Shown here in pieces: positions 9,279 through 18,005 of a stretch of 64,000 bases of DNA. The stretch is taken from positions 5,273 to 69,272 of the forward strand of contig JBBSJW010000003.1 of NCBI GenBank assembly GCA_038256885.1. Reading direction: 5' to 3'. The position numbers and the translations under genes are program-made. Position 1 is the stretch's first letter, and each line of letters opens with the position of its first letter. The DNA is from Propionibacteriales bacterium (GTDB lineage: Bacteria > Actinomycetota > Actinomycetes > Propionibacteriales > Nocardioidaceae). A model generated the notes under the pieces. It saw nothing but the letters and a program-made list of their open reading frames with translations. It had not been told where the DNA came from and did not search any database.

Positions 9279-11032
9279 ACACGATTCGTGTGGGCAACTG
9301 CTCTGGTTACTACGGTGACCGCATCGAAGCGATGCGGCAGATGCTCGAGGGCGGTGACCTCGACTACCTCACCGGCGACTACCTCGCCGAGCTGACGATG
9401 CTGATCCTTGGGCGCGACCGGATGAAGGACGCCTCGCTGGGATATGCCAAGACGTTCGTCAAGCAGATGACCGACTCAATTTCGCTCGCCAAGGAACTCG
9501 GCGTCAAGATCGTTGCCAACGCCGGCGGACTCAACCCGGCAGGGCTCGCCGAGGCGCTGCGAGCGATTGCGGCCGAGCAGGGACTCACCATCGCGATCGC
9601 GCATGTCGAAGGCGACGATCTGGTTGACCGTGCAGAGGAGCTGAACTTCGGTAGCGTCATGACGGCGAATGCCTATCTCGGTGCATTCGGCATTGCGTCG
9701 GCGCTGGAGGGAGGCGCCGACGTCGTGGTGACCGGCCGCGTCACGGATGCCTCCGTCGTGGTTGGCCCGGCGATAGCTTCGTTCGGTTGGGGTCGTGAGG
9801 ACTACGACGCGCTGGCTGGCGCGGTCGTGGCTGGTCACGTCATCGAGTGCGGGACCCAGGCGACTGGCGGCAACTTCTCGGGCTTCGGCACGATCGACAC
9901 GTCGCGCCCGCTGGGCTTCCCGATCGCCGAGATCTCCGAAGACGGATCGGTCGTCATCACCAAGCACGAAGGCACTGGCGGAGCGGTCACGATCGACACT
10001 GTCACGGCGCAGTTGGTCTACGAGGTTGGCGGGCCCGCATACCTCGGCCCTGATGTGAGCTCGCGGCTCGACACGATGACACTCACGCAGCAGGGCCCGG
10101 ACCGGGTTGCGATCACCGGCGTGACTGGCGAGGCTCCGCCGGAGATGACGAAGGTCTGTCTCAACACGATCGGTGGATTCCGCAACAGCGTCGAGTTCCT
10201 GCTCACAGGTCTCGATATCCCCGAGAAGGCCTCGCTCATCCAGACGCAGATGAACAAGGCGCTGGCCGTCTCGCCTCCCGACTCAATCGAGTGGCAGTTC
10301 GACCGTACGGATGTGCCAGACCCCGCGACTGAAGCGGCGGGCACCTCGTTGCTGCGATGCCACGTGAAGAGCGCAGAGGCCGGACCGGTGGGTCGTGCGT
10401 TCAGCGACGCGGCGATCCAGCTGGCTCTGGCGTCATACCCGGGCTTTAGCGTCACTCGCCCACCAGCGGCCGGTACGCCGTTCGGCATCTATCGCGCCGC
10501 GTACGTACCGCAGGACAAGGTTCCGCACATCGTCATCGACGACAGCGGCAACCGCACCGAGATCGCCCCGCCGACACGAGTCGCTCCAATCTTCGACGCT
10601 GCGGTTCCTAGCGACGAAGTCGCGGGAGCGAGCTCTGCGAGCGAAGGATGGCTCGGCGAAGTGGTCCGCGCCCCGCTCGGTCGCCTCGCGTATGCCCGCT
10701 CCGGCGACAAAGGCGGTGACGCCAACGTCGGCGTCTGGATTCCTGCCGATCACCCTGAGGCCGATGAGGCGTACGCCTGGCTGGTCGGATTCCTCGACGA
10801 GCCGACGGTGCGCGAGCTCCTGCCCGAGGCTGCAGAGCTCAAGCTCGAGATCCATCCGCTGCCCAACCTGCGGGCCGTCAACATCGTGATCCACGGTCTG
10901 CTCGGGGAGGGTGTCGCCTCATCGACGCGCCTCGACCCGCAGGCCAAGGGGCTCGGTGAGTGGCTGCGCGCCCGCGATTGCGCGATCCCCTCGAAGCTCC
11001 TCCCCGATGCACTTGTGGCTGGTGAACTGTGA
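9275..11032 (+). CDS. atuA: Acyclic terpene utilization AtuA family protein
   Basis: GNCSGYYGDR, DYLAELTM, GRVTDAS, GHVIECG, ARSGDKGG, DPQAKGLGE. Confidence 0.9.
   Translation: MNTIRVGNCSGYYGDRIEAMRQMLEGGDLDYLTGDYLAELTMLILGRDRMKDASLGYAKTFVKQMTDSISLAKELGVKIVANAGGLNPAGLAEALRAIAAEQGLTIAIAHVEGDDLVDRAEELNFGSVMTANAYLGAFGIASALEGGADVVVTGRVTDASVVVGPAIASFGWGREDYDALAGAVVAGHVIECGTQATGGNFSGFGTIDTSRPLGFPIAEISEDGSVVITKHEGTGGAVTIDTVTAQLVYEVGGPAYLGPDVSSRLDTMTLTQQGPDRVAITGVTGEAPPEMTKVCLNTIGGFRNSVEFLLTGLDIPEKASLIQTQMNKALAVSPPDSIEWQFDRTDVPDPATEAAGTSLLRCHVKSAEAGPVGRAFSDAAIQLALASYPGFSVTRPPAAGTPFGIYRAAYVPQDKVPHIVIDDSGNRTEIAPPTRVAPIFDAAVPSDEVAGASSASEGWLGEVVRAPLGRLAYARSGDKGGDANVGVWIPADHPEADEAYAWLVGFLDEPTVRELLPEAAELKLEIHPLPNLRAVNIVIHGLLGEGVASSTRLDPQAKGLGEWLRARDCAIPSKLLPDALVAGEL
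10602..10648 (+). repeat. In-frame coding palindromic element (family C), copy 1, in AtuA linker
   Basis: 37/46 nt identical to 50301-50346; all differences are compensatory stem pairs; encodes VPSDEVAGASSASEG. Confidence 0.8.
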
Positions 11033-12210
11033 GCACGCTCTGGGACACGGCGGAGCGCACTGCGCTGCGTGACATGGTCACCTCCTTCACCGAGAAGGAG
11101 CTCGTTCCGCATCTCCCTGCTTGGGAAGACGCCGGCGAGGTCCCGCGCGATGTGCACGCCAAGGCCGCATCGGCCGGGCTGCTCGGCGTCGCCTTCCCGT
11201 CCGAGGTCGGCGGTCAGGGCGGCGACCTGATCGATGGCTCGACCGTCACCGAGTCGCTCATCCAGGCCGGCGGCTCGTCCGGGCTCATCGCGGCACTGTT
11301 CACCCACGGCATCGCGCTCCCTCACATCGTGGCGTCGGGCAATGCCGATCTGATCGACCGCTACGTACGACCGACTCTCACTGGCGAGATGATCGGATCT
11401 CTCGGCATCACCGAGCCTGGGGGCGGCTCCGATGTCGCCAACATCCGTACGAAGGCAGTCCGCGACGGCGACGACTTCGTGGTCAACGGCGCCAAGACGT
11501 TCATCACCTCCGGCGTACGTGCCGACTTCGTGACGACCGCGGTTCGCACCGGCGGCGAAGGCTACGCGGGCATCAGCCTGCTGGTCATCGACAAGGGACT
11601 GCCGGGCTTCACCGTTGCGCGGCCGCTGCGCAAGATGGGCTGGCACTGCTCCGACACCGCCGAGCTGAGCTTCGACAACGTACGAGTGCCGGCGAGCCAG
11701 GTTGTCGGCGAGGCAGATGGCGGCTTCGTGCTCGTCATGCAGCAGTTCGTCAGCGAACGCCTCGGCCTTGCCGTGCAGGGCTACGCGACAGCGCAGCGTG
11801 CGCTCGACCTCGCTGTTGCCTACGCCCGCGAGCGCGAGACGTTCGGCAAGCCACTCATCACGCGACAGGTCATTCGCCACAAGCTCGTCGAGATGCATCG
11901 CCGTACGTCGGCCGCCCGGGCGCTGACCCGCCAGGCCGTCGAGCGCGCGGTGGACGGCGACAACACCGACCCGGCGAACCTCGGCGGAGCCGAGCAAATG
12001 GCACTGGTTCTCGACGCCGTGATGGCCAAGAACCAGGCCGTCGAGGCGTGCGAGTGGGTGGTCTCCGAAGCCGTGCAGATCTTCGGCGGCATGGGCTACA
12101 TGCGCGAGTCCGAGATCGACCGGCACTACCGCGATGCCCGAATCCTCGGCATCGGCGGTGGCGCCACCGAAGTCCTGAACGACCTGGCCGCAAAGCTCCT
12201 GGGGTACTGA
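11029..12210 (+). CDS. Acyl-CoA dehydrogenase (AtuD/citronellyl-CoA DH-like)
   Basis: ITEPGGGSD, NGAKTFITSG, QIFGGMGYMRE, IGGGATEV. Confidence 0.9.
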   Translation: MSTLWDTAERTALRDMVTSFTEKELVPHLPAWEDAGEVPRDVHAKAASAGLLGVAFPSEVGGQGGDLIDGSTVTESLIQAGGSSGLIAALFTHGIALPHIVASGNADLIDRYVRPTLTGEMIGSLGITEPGGGSDVANIRTKAVRDGDDFVVNGAKTFITSGVRADFVTTAVRTGGEGYAGISLLVIDKGLPGFTVARPLRKMGWHCSDTAELSFDNVRVPASQVVGEADGGFVLVMQQFVSERLGLAVQGYATAQRALDLAVAYARERETFGKPLITRQVIRHKLVEMHRRTSAARALTRQAVERAVDGDNTDPANLGGAEQMALVLDAVMAKNQAVEACEWVVSEAVQIFGGMGYMRESEIDRHYRDARILGIGGGATEVLNDLAAKLLGY

Positions 12211-12211
12211 G

Positions 12212-12286
12212 ATGACGAATTCACACGTGGTTTCGATACGGCGCTCGTCCCTCGCGCCTACTCAACCACCGAGAGGTGACGCATGA
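12212..12286 (+). repeat. REP (family A, 12228-12271) embedded in a 24-aa bridging mini-ORF
   Basis: ATG 1 nt after the ACAD stop; MTNSHVVSIRRSSLAPTQPPRGDA*; TGA overlaps the ATG at 12283. Confidence 0.75.
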
Positions 12287-13887
12287 AAACGACTGTCGAC
12301 ACCACGACCGAGACATACGTGGGCAACCGCGAGTCGATGCTGGAACGCATCGACGACCTCGCGGTCCAGCACGCCAAGGCCCTCGAGGCCGGCGGTGAGC
12401 GCAACATCAAACGGCACCACGAGCGCGGCAAGCTGACCGCGCGAGAGCGCATTGAGCTGCTGCTCGATCCCGACTCGCCGTTCCTCGAGCTGTCGACCTT
12501 GGCGGCGTGGGGCACCGACTTCGCGGTTGGCGCCTCGATTGTCACAGGCATCGGCGTCGTCGAGGGCGTCGAGTGCATGATCATCGCGAACGACCCAACG
12601 GTGAAGGGCGGCTCGTCCAACCCGAGCACTCTTCGCAAGGGTCATCGCGCCGCGCAGATCGCCATGGAGTGCGGCCTGCCGAGCATCAACCTCGTCGAGT
12701 CCGGCGGTGCCGACCTGCCGACGCAGAAGGACATCTTCATTCCCGGCGGCGCATCGTTCCGCAACATCACCCGCGCCAGCGCGGCACGACGCCCGACGGT
12801 GGCGCTGGTGTTCGGCAACTCGACGGCCGGTGGCGCATATATCCCGGGCATGAGCGACTACGTCGTCATGGTCAAGGAGGGCGCCAAGGTGTTCCTCGCA
12901 GGCCCGCCCCTGGTCAAGATGGCGACCGGCGAAGAGTCCTCCGACGAGGAGCTGGGCGGCGCCGAGATGCACGCGCGTCAGTCGGGCCTCGCGGACTATC
13001 TTGCGGTCGACGAACGCGATGCGATCCGTATCGGCCGGTCGATCATCAATAACATCAACTGGAGCAAGAAGGGCTTCGTGCCCGAGCCGACGTACGCCGA
13101 GCCAGTCTTCGATCCGGAAGAGCTGCTGGGCATCGTGCCGACCGATCTAAAGATCCCGTTCGATCCGCGTGAAGTCATCGCGCGCCTCGTCGACGGCAGC
13201 CCAACCGGAACAAGCACCTTCGATGAGTTCAAGCCGCTTTATGGATCGTCGCTGGTCACAGGCTTCGCCCAGCTGCACGGCTACCCGATCGGCATCCTCG
13301 CCAACGCTCAGGGTGTGCTGTTCAGCCAAGAGGCGCAGAAGGCGACGCAGTTCATCCAGCTCGCCAACCAGACCGACACTCCGCTGCTGTTCCTGCACAA
13401 CACGACGGGCTACATGGTCGGCGCGGAGTACGAGCAGGGCGGCATCATCAAGCACGGCGCACAAATGATCAACGCCGTCTCCAACTCGACCGTCCCGCAC
13501 ATCTCGGTCGTGATCGGCGCTTCGTACGGAGCGGGTCACTACGGGATGAGCGGACGCGCGTACGACCCGCGCTTCATGTTCAGCTGGCCCAACGCCAAGT
13601 CCGCCGTCATGGGCGCGACCCAGCTCGCCGGCGTGATCTCGATCGTCGCTCGCGGAGCCGCGGAGTCGAAGGGTCAGCCGTATGACGAAGAGGCCGACAA
13701 GCAGATGCGTGCCTTCATCGAGCAGCAGATCGAGGAGCAGTCGCTCGCGTACTTCACCTCGGGGATGCTCTACGACGACGGGGTGATCGATCCTCGGGAC
13801 ACCCGCTCGATCCTCGGCATCTGCCTCAGCGCCATCAACACCGTGCCCAATAGGGGCGCCGAAGGCTACGGAGTGTTCCGCGTATGA
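12283..13887 (+). CDS. Acyl-CoA carboxylase carboxyltransferase (beta) subunit (AtuC/LiuB-like)
   Basis: GKLTARERI, ESGGADL, GNSTAGGAY, FLAGPPLV, SYGAGHYGM, DDGVIDPRDTR. Confidence 0.92.
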   Translation: MKTTVDTTTETYVGNRESMLERIDDLAVQHAKALEAGGERNIKRHHERGKLTARERIELLLDPDSPFLELSTLAAWGTDFAVGASIVTGIGVVEGVECMIIANDPTVKGGSSNPSTLRKGHRAAQIAMECGLPSINLVESGGADLPTQKDIFIPGGASFRNITRASAARRPTVALVFGNSTAGGAYIPGMSDYVVMVKEGAKVFLAGPPLVKMATGEESSDEELGGAEMHARQSGLADYLAVDERDAIRIGRSIINNINWSKKGFVPEPTYAEPVFDPEELLGIVPTDLKIPFDPREVIARLVDGSPTGTSTFDEFKPLYGSSLVTGFAQLHGYPIGILANAQGVLFSQEAQKATQFIQLANQTDTPLLFLHNTTGYMVGAEYEQGGIIKHGAQMINAVSNSTVPHISVVIGASYGAGHYGMSGRAYDPRFMFSWPNAKSAVMGATQLAGVISIVARGAAESKGQPYDEEADKQMRAFIEQQIEEQSLAYFTSGMLYDDGVIDPRDTRSILGICLSAINTVPNRGAEGYGVFRV

Positions 13888-15848
13888 GTGCCTCGATCAC
13901 CTCAGTACTCGTTGCAAACAGGGGGGAGATAGCACGTCGCGTGTTCCGCACGTGCCGCGATCTCGGCATCCGTACCGTCGCGGTCTACTCCGATGCTGAC
14001 GCTGGCGCGCCCTTCGTCGGTGGCGCCGACGTCGCCGTACGCCTGCCCGGCAACGCTCCGTCAGACACATACCTGCGCGGGGACCTCGTCATCGCCGCAG
14101 CGTTGAAGGCTGGCGCCGACGCGATCCATCCCGGCTACGGCTTCCTCTCGGAGAACGCCGAATTCGCCAGGGACGTCGCTAAGGCCGGTCTGACCTGGAT
14201 CGGCCCGGCACCCGACACGATCGACTCGATGGGCGACAAGATCCGCGCCAAGGAGCTGATGGACAAGGCCGGAGTGCCGATCCTCAGCGTCGACATTGAG
14301 CAGCTCAAGAAGTCCGCCAAAAAAGATTGGGATGGCCCGCTGCTGGTCAAGGCGTCGGCAGGAGGTGGCGGTCGCGGAATGCGCATCGTCACCGATCCCA
14401 AGGACCTGGAGGGTGAGCTCACCGCAGCTGGCGCTGAAGCCTTGTCGGCCTTCGGTGACGCCACGGTGTTTGTCGAGCCCTACCTGCCGACCGCACGCCA
14501 CATCGAGGTCCAGGTCATGGCGGACACCCATGGCACGTGCTGGATCGTCGGCGACCGTGACTGCTCGATCCAGCGCCGTCACCAGAAGGTCGTCGAGGAA
14601 GCGCCAGCACCATCGGTCAGCGACGAAGTGCGCAAGGTTCTGCACGACGCCTCGCGCGCTGCCGTCGAGGCAGTGGGTTATGTCGGCGCAGGCACGGTCG
14701 AGTTCCTCGTGGCGGACGCGCACCTGGCTTCCGGCAAGGCGTACTTCCTCGAGATGAACACCCGACTCCAGGTCGAGCACCCCGTCAGCGAGGAGGTCTT
14801 CGGTGTCGACCTCGTTGCCGCGCAGATCCTCGTCGCCGAGGGCAAGCATCTCGTCGAGGAGCCTGAAGGACCGAAGGGTCACGCGATCGAGGTCCGCCTG
14901 TACGCCGAGGATCCGGCCGACGACTGGCAGCCTCAGACCGGCACCGTTCGTACGTTCGACGTGCCTGACGGCCCGGGACTCCGAGTCGACTCCGGCATCG
15001 AGAGCGGATCGGTCATCGGGATCCACTACGACGCCATGATCGCCAAAGTCATCGCGTACGGAGACAACCGTGCCCACGCCGTTCGGCTGCTCGGCGACGC
15101 ACTCCGCCGCACCCGCCTGCACGGGGTCACGACCAACATCGATCTGCTGCTCGGCATCCTCGGAGACGAGGAGTTCCGCGCCGAGCGCGTGCACACCGCA
15201 TTGCTCGACGAGCGGCTCGCAGACTGGTCCAAGCCCGCGAATGGCGAGCACGCCGTACGCAAGGCGGCCCTCGCGGCGGCTCTCGCCGAGGCGGCAAGCA
15301 GCACGGCGAATGCCAGGGTGCTGGGACGCATCCCGACCGCCTATCGCAACGTGCCGAGCCAGGAGCGCACGCGTTCGTACACGGTCGGCACTGAGGAGAT
15401 CGCCGTCTCCTACCGAGGCATCCGAACCGGGCTCGTGCAGTCAGAGCTCGAGGGCGTGACGATCGGTGCGGTCACGCCGACCCGAGTCGTGCTCGACGAT
15501 GACGGACTGACGGAGACGTACGACGTGGCGGTCGGCTCCGGCTGGGTCGACGTCGACGGTCCCAGCGGATCGTTCGACTTCACACCGGTCCCGGAGTTCG
15601 TCGACCCGGCGGATGTCATCGCAGAGGGCTCACTGCTCGCCCCGATGCCCGCCGCGGTCATGAGCGTCGCGGTCACCGAAGGACAACACGTCATCAAGGG
15701 CGACATCGTCGTCGTCCTTGAAGCCATGAAGATGCAGCACACCATCACGGCGCCGTACGACGGCGTCGTCACCGAGCTGTCGGCCACCGCCGGCGCACAA
15801 GTCGAGTCCGGCGCAGTTCTTGCCGTCATTGAAGGAGAATCAGAATGA
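13884..15848 (+). CDS. Acyl-CoA carboxylase alpha subunit (biotin carboxylase + BCCP; AtuF/LiuD-like)
   Basis: ANRGEIA, HPGYGFLSEN, GGGGRGMR, EMNTRLQVEH, biotin site EAMKM. Confidence 0.93.
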   Translation: MSASITSVLVANRGEIARRVFRTCRDLGIRTVAVYSDADAGAPFVGGADVAVRLPGNAPSDTYLRGDLVIAAALKAGADAIHPGYGFLSENAEFARDVAKAGLTWIGPAPDTIDSMGDKIRAKELMDKAGVPILSVDIEQLKKSAKKDWDGPLLVKASAGGGGRGMRIVTDPKDLEGELTAAGAEALSAFGDATVFVEPYLPTARHIEVQVMADTHGTCWIVGDRDCSIQRRHQKVVEEAPAPSVSDEVRKVLHDASRAAVEAVGYVGAGTVEFLVADAHLASGKAYFLEMNTRLQVEHPVSEEVFGVDLVAAQILVAEGKHLVEEPEGPKGHAIEVRLYAEDPADDWQPQTGTVRTFDVPDGPGLRVDSGIESGSVIGIHYDAMIAKVIAYGDNRAHAVRLLGDALRRTRLHGVTTNIDLLLGILGDEEFRAERVHTALLDERLADWSKPANGEHAVRKAALAAALAEAASSTANARVLGRIPTAYRNVPSQERTRSYTVGTEEIAVSYRGIRTGLVQSELEGVTIGAVTPTRVVLDDDGLTETYDVAVGSGWVDVDGPSGSFDFTPVPEFVDPADVIAEGSLLAPMPAAVMSVAVTEGQHVIKGDIVVVLEAMKMQHTITAPYDGVVTELSATAGAQVESGAVLAVIEGESE

Positions 15849-17008
15849 GCAACTTCACCGAGACCGAAGAGCGCCTCGCGCTCCGCAAGGCCGTCTCCGA
15901 CCTGGGCAAGAAGTTCGGTCGCGACTACTTCGAGCAGGCCGCCAAGCACGGACGCAAGACCACTGAGCTGTGGGAGGAAGCCGGCAAGCTCGGCTACCTC
16001 GGCGTCGCAGTGCCGGAGGAGTTCGGTGGTGGTGGCGGAGACATCGGTGACCTCGCCGCCGTATGTGAAGAGCTCGCTGCAGCAGGCAGCCCGTTGCTGC
16101 TCATGGTGGTCTCCCCGGCGATCGTCGGCACGATCATCGCGCAGTTCGGCACGCAGGATCAGAAGGAACGCTGGCTGCCCGGCCTCGCCGACGGCACCTC
16201 GACGTTCGCGTTCTCGATCACCGAGCCCGACGCGGGATCCAACTCGCACAAGATCATCACGACGGCTTACCGGACCGACGACGGCGGATGGCGCCTCACC
16301 GGCACCAAGACGTATATCTCGGGTGTCGACGAGGCCAGCCACGTGTTGGTCGTCGCGCGCACCGAGGATGCCAAGACCGGCAACCTCAAGCCCGCGCTGT
16401 TCCTCGTACCGGTCGACTCGAAGGGCTTCACGCACCAAGAGATCGACATGGGCCTGACCTCGCCGGAGAAGCAGTTCACGCTGTTCTTCGACGACGTGCT
16501 GCTCCCCGCTGACACCCTGATCGGCAGCGAGGACGCGGGCATCGACCAGCTCTTCGCGGGCCTCAACCCCGAGCGAATCATGGGTGCCTCGTTCGCCACC
16601 GGCACCGCGCGCCTCGCGCTGGCCAAGGCGACCGAGTACGCCAAGGAGCGCCAGGTCTGGAAGGCGCCGATCGGTTCGCACCAGGCAATCGCGCACCCGC
16701 TCGCCGAGTCGTACATCGAGATCGAGATGGCCCGCCTGATGACCCAGAAGGCCGCAGCGCTGTACGTCTCCGGCGACTTCATGGCGGCAGGTGAGGCGGC
16801 CAACATGGCGAAGTACGCGGCCGGCGAGGCCGTGTGCAACGTCGTCGACCGCGCCATCCAGACGCACGGTGGCAACGGCCTGGCCAACGAGTACGGTCTG
16901 GTGCAGATGCTGGCGGGCTCGCGCCTGTCGCGCATCGCGCCGGTGAGCAAGGAGATGGTGCTCAACTTCATCGCCCAGTTCTCCCTCGGCCTGCCGAAGT
17001 CCTACTAG
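15845..17008 (+). CDS. Acyl-CoA dehydrogenase
   Basis: FSITEPDAGSN, GTKTYISG, QTHGGNG, RIAPVSKEM. Confidence 0.9.
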   Translation: MSNFTETEERLALRKAVSDLGKKFGRDYFEQAAKHGRKTTELWEEAGKLGYLGVAVPEEFGGGGGDIGDLAAVCEELAAAGSPLLLMVVSPAIVGTIIAQFGTQDQKERWLPGLADGTSTFAFSITEPDAGSNSHKIITTAYRTDDGGWRLTGTKTYISGVDEASHVLVVARTEDAKTGNLKPALFLVPVDSKGFTHQEIDMGLTSPEKQFTLFFDDVLLPADTLIGSEDAGIDQLFAGLNPERIMGASFATGTARLALAKATEYAKERQVWKAPIGSHQAIAHPLAESYIEIEMARLMTQKAAALYVSGDFMAAGEAANMAKYAAGEAVCNVVDRAIQTHGGNGLANEYGLVQMLAGSRLSRIAPVSKEMVLNFIAQFSLGLPKSY

Positions 17009-17020
17009 AAGCATCCACCT

Positions 17021-17144
17021 CGGTGGTTGAGTAGGAGGCCGCCCGCGGCCGACTTATCGAAACCTCGCAAGGCGAGATGGTCGCGCGAGCAGCGAACTCA
17101 CTGGGTTTCGATACGCCCTCGTTCCTCGGGCTACTCAACCACCG
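17021..17144. repeat. Inverted pair of family A REPs (BIME-like)
   Basis: CGGTGGTTGAGTAG...TATCGAAACC (17021-17064) and GGTTTCGATACG...CTACTCAACCACCG (17103-17144). Confidence 0.85.
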
Positions 17145-17165
17145 GGATGGTGAAAGGATCACCAC

Positions 17166-17909
17166 ATGACTGAGCTCGTACATCTCGAGGTTGCCGACCA
17201 GGTCGCCACGATCACGCTCGACAGCGACCACAACCGCAACGCGCTGAGCCGCCAGCTCGTCAGCGAGCTGTTGGCGCACTTGACGACGGCTGGCGCGGAC
17301 ACTGCGGTGAAGGCAGTCCTGATCCGATCGGCCGGCTCGGTGTTCTGCTCGGGTGCCGACCTCTCGGAGGCGTCGGCCGACGGGATGGTCGAGGGAGCCA
17401 AGACGGTGGTGGCCCTGCAGCGCCAGATCGCGACCCTCGACAAGCCCGTCGTCGTCGAGCTCGGCGGACCCGTACGCGCGGGTGGCCTCGGCATCGTCGG
17501 TGCCGCCGACATCGTGATCGCGGGTGAGTCGGTGACGTTCCAGCTCACCGAGGTACGCCTCGGACTCGCGGCCGCGGTCATCTCGTTGTCGCTGCTGCCG
17601 CGGTTCACCGACCGTGCGGCGGCAGACCTGTTCCTGACGGCTCGCAAGTTCGATGCCGCGGAAGCCGCTCGAGTCGGTCTGATCACGCGCGCTGTGGCGG
17701 ACGCCGAGCTCCAGGGGGACGTCGCCCGCGTGCTCGGTGACCTGGTGAAGGGCTACCCGCAGGGGCTGCGCGAGTCGAAGAAGCTGCTCAACCACGACCT
17801 GGTCGCCCGCATCGACGCACTCGGTGAGCAGGTTGCGGCTCAGTCGGCTGCTCTGTTCGGCAGTGACGAGGCACGCGAGGCGATGACTGCGTTTCTCAGC
17901 AAGAAGTAG
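17166..17909 (+). CDS. Enoyl-CoA hydratase/isomerase
   Basis: RNALS, FCSGADL, AGGLG, TEVRLGL; GAAAGGA SD. Confidence 0.9.
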   Translation: MTELVHLEVADQVATITLDSDHNRNALSRQLVSELLAHLTTAGADTAVKAVLIRSAGSVFCSGADLSEASADGMVEGAKTVVALQRQIATLDKPVVVELGGPVRAGGLGIVGAADIVIAGESVTFQLTEVRLGLAAAVISLSLLPRFTDRAAADLFLTARKFDAAEAARVGLITRAVADAELQGDVARVLGDLVKGYPQGLRESKKLLNHDLVARIDALGEQVAAQSAALFGSDEAREAMTAFLSKK

Positions 17910-18005
17910 CCGATTTCGCGTGGCGTCCGCCACCTGAGAGCCGCCTGCGGAATAGATCACCCACCGCCTAGACTTATGAGTTCGACAAACGGCAAAGGGG
18001 CTGGG

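Noticed and set aside
17147-17173. Short ORF overlapping the enoyl-CoA hydratase start
   Set aside because: Not connected to the upstream stop, and the gene has its own SD
17910-18005. Rifamycin-associated element (RAE) upstream of the helD-like gene
   Set aside because: No RAE-like inverted repeat is visible, so the gene is treated as generic HelD, not HelR
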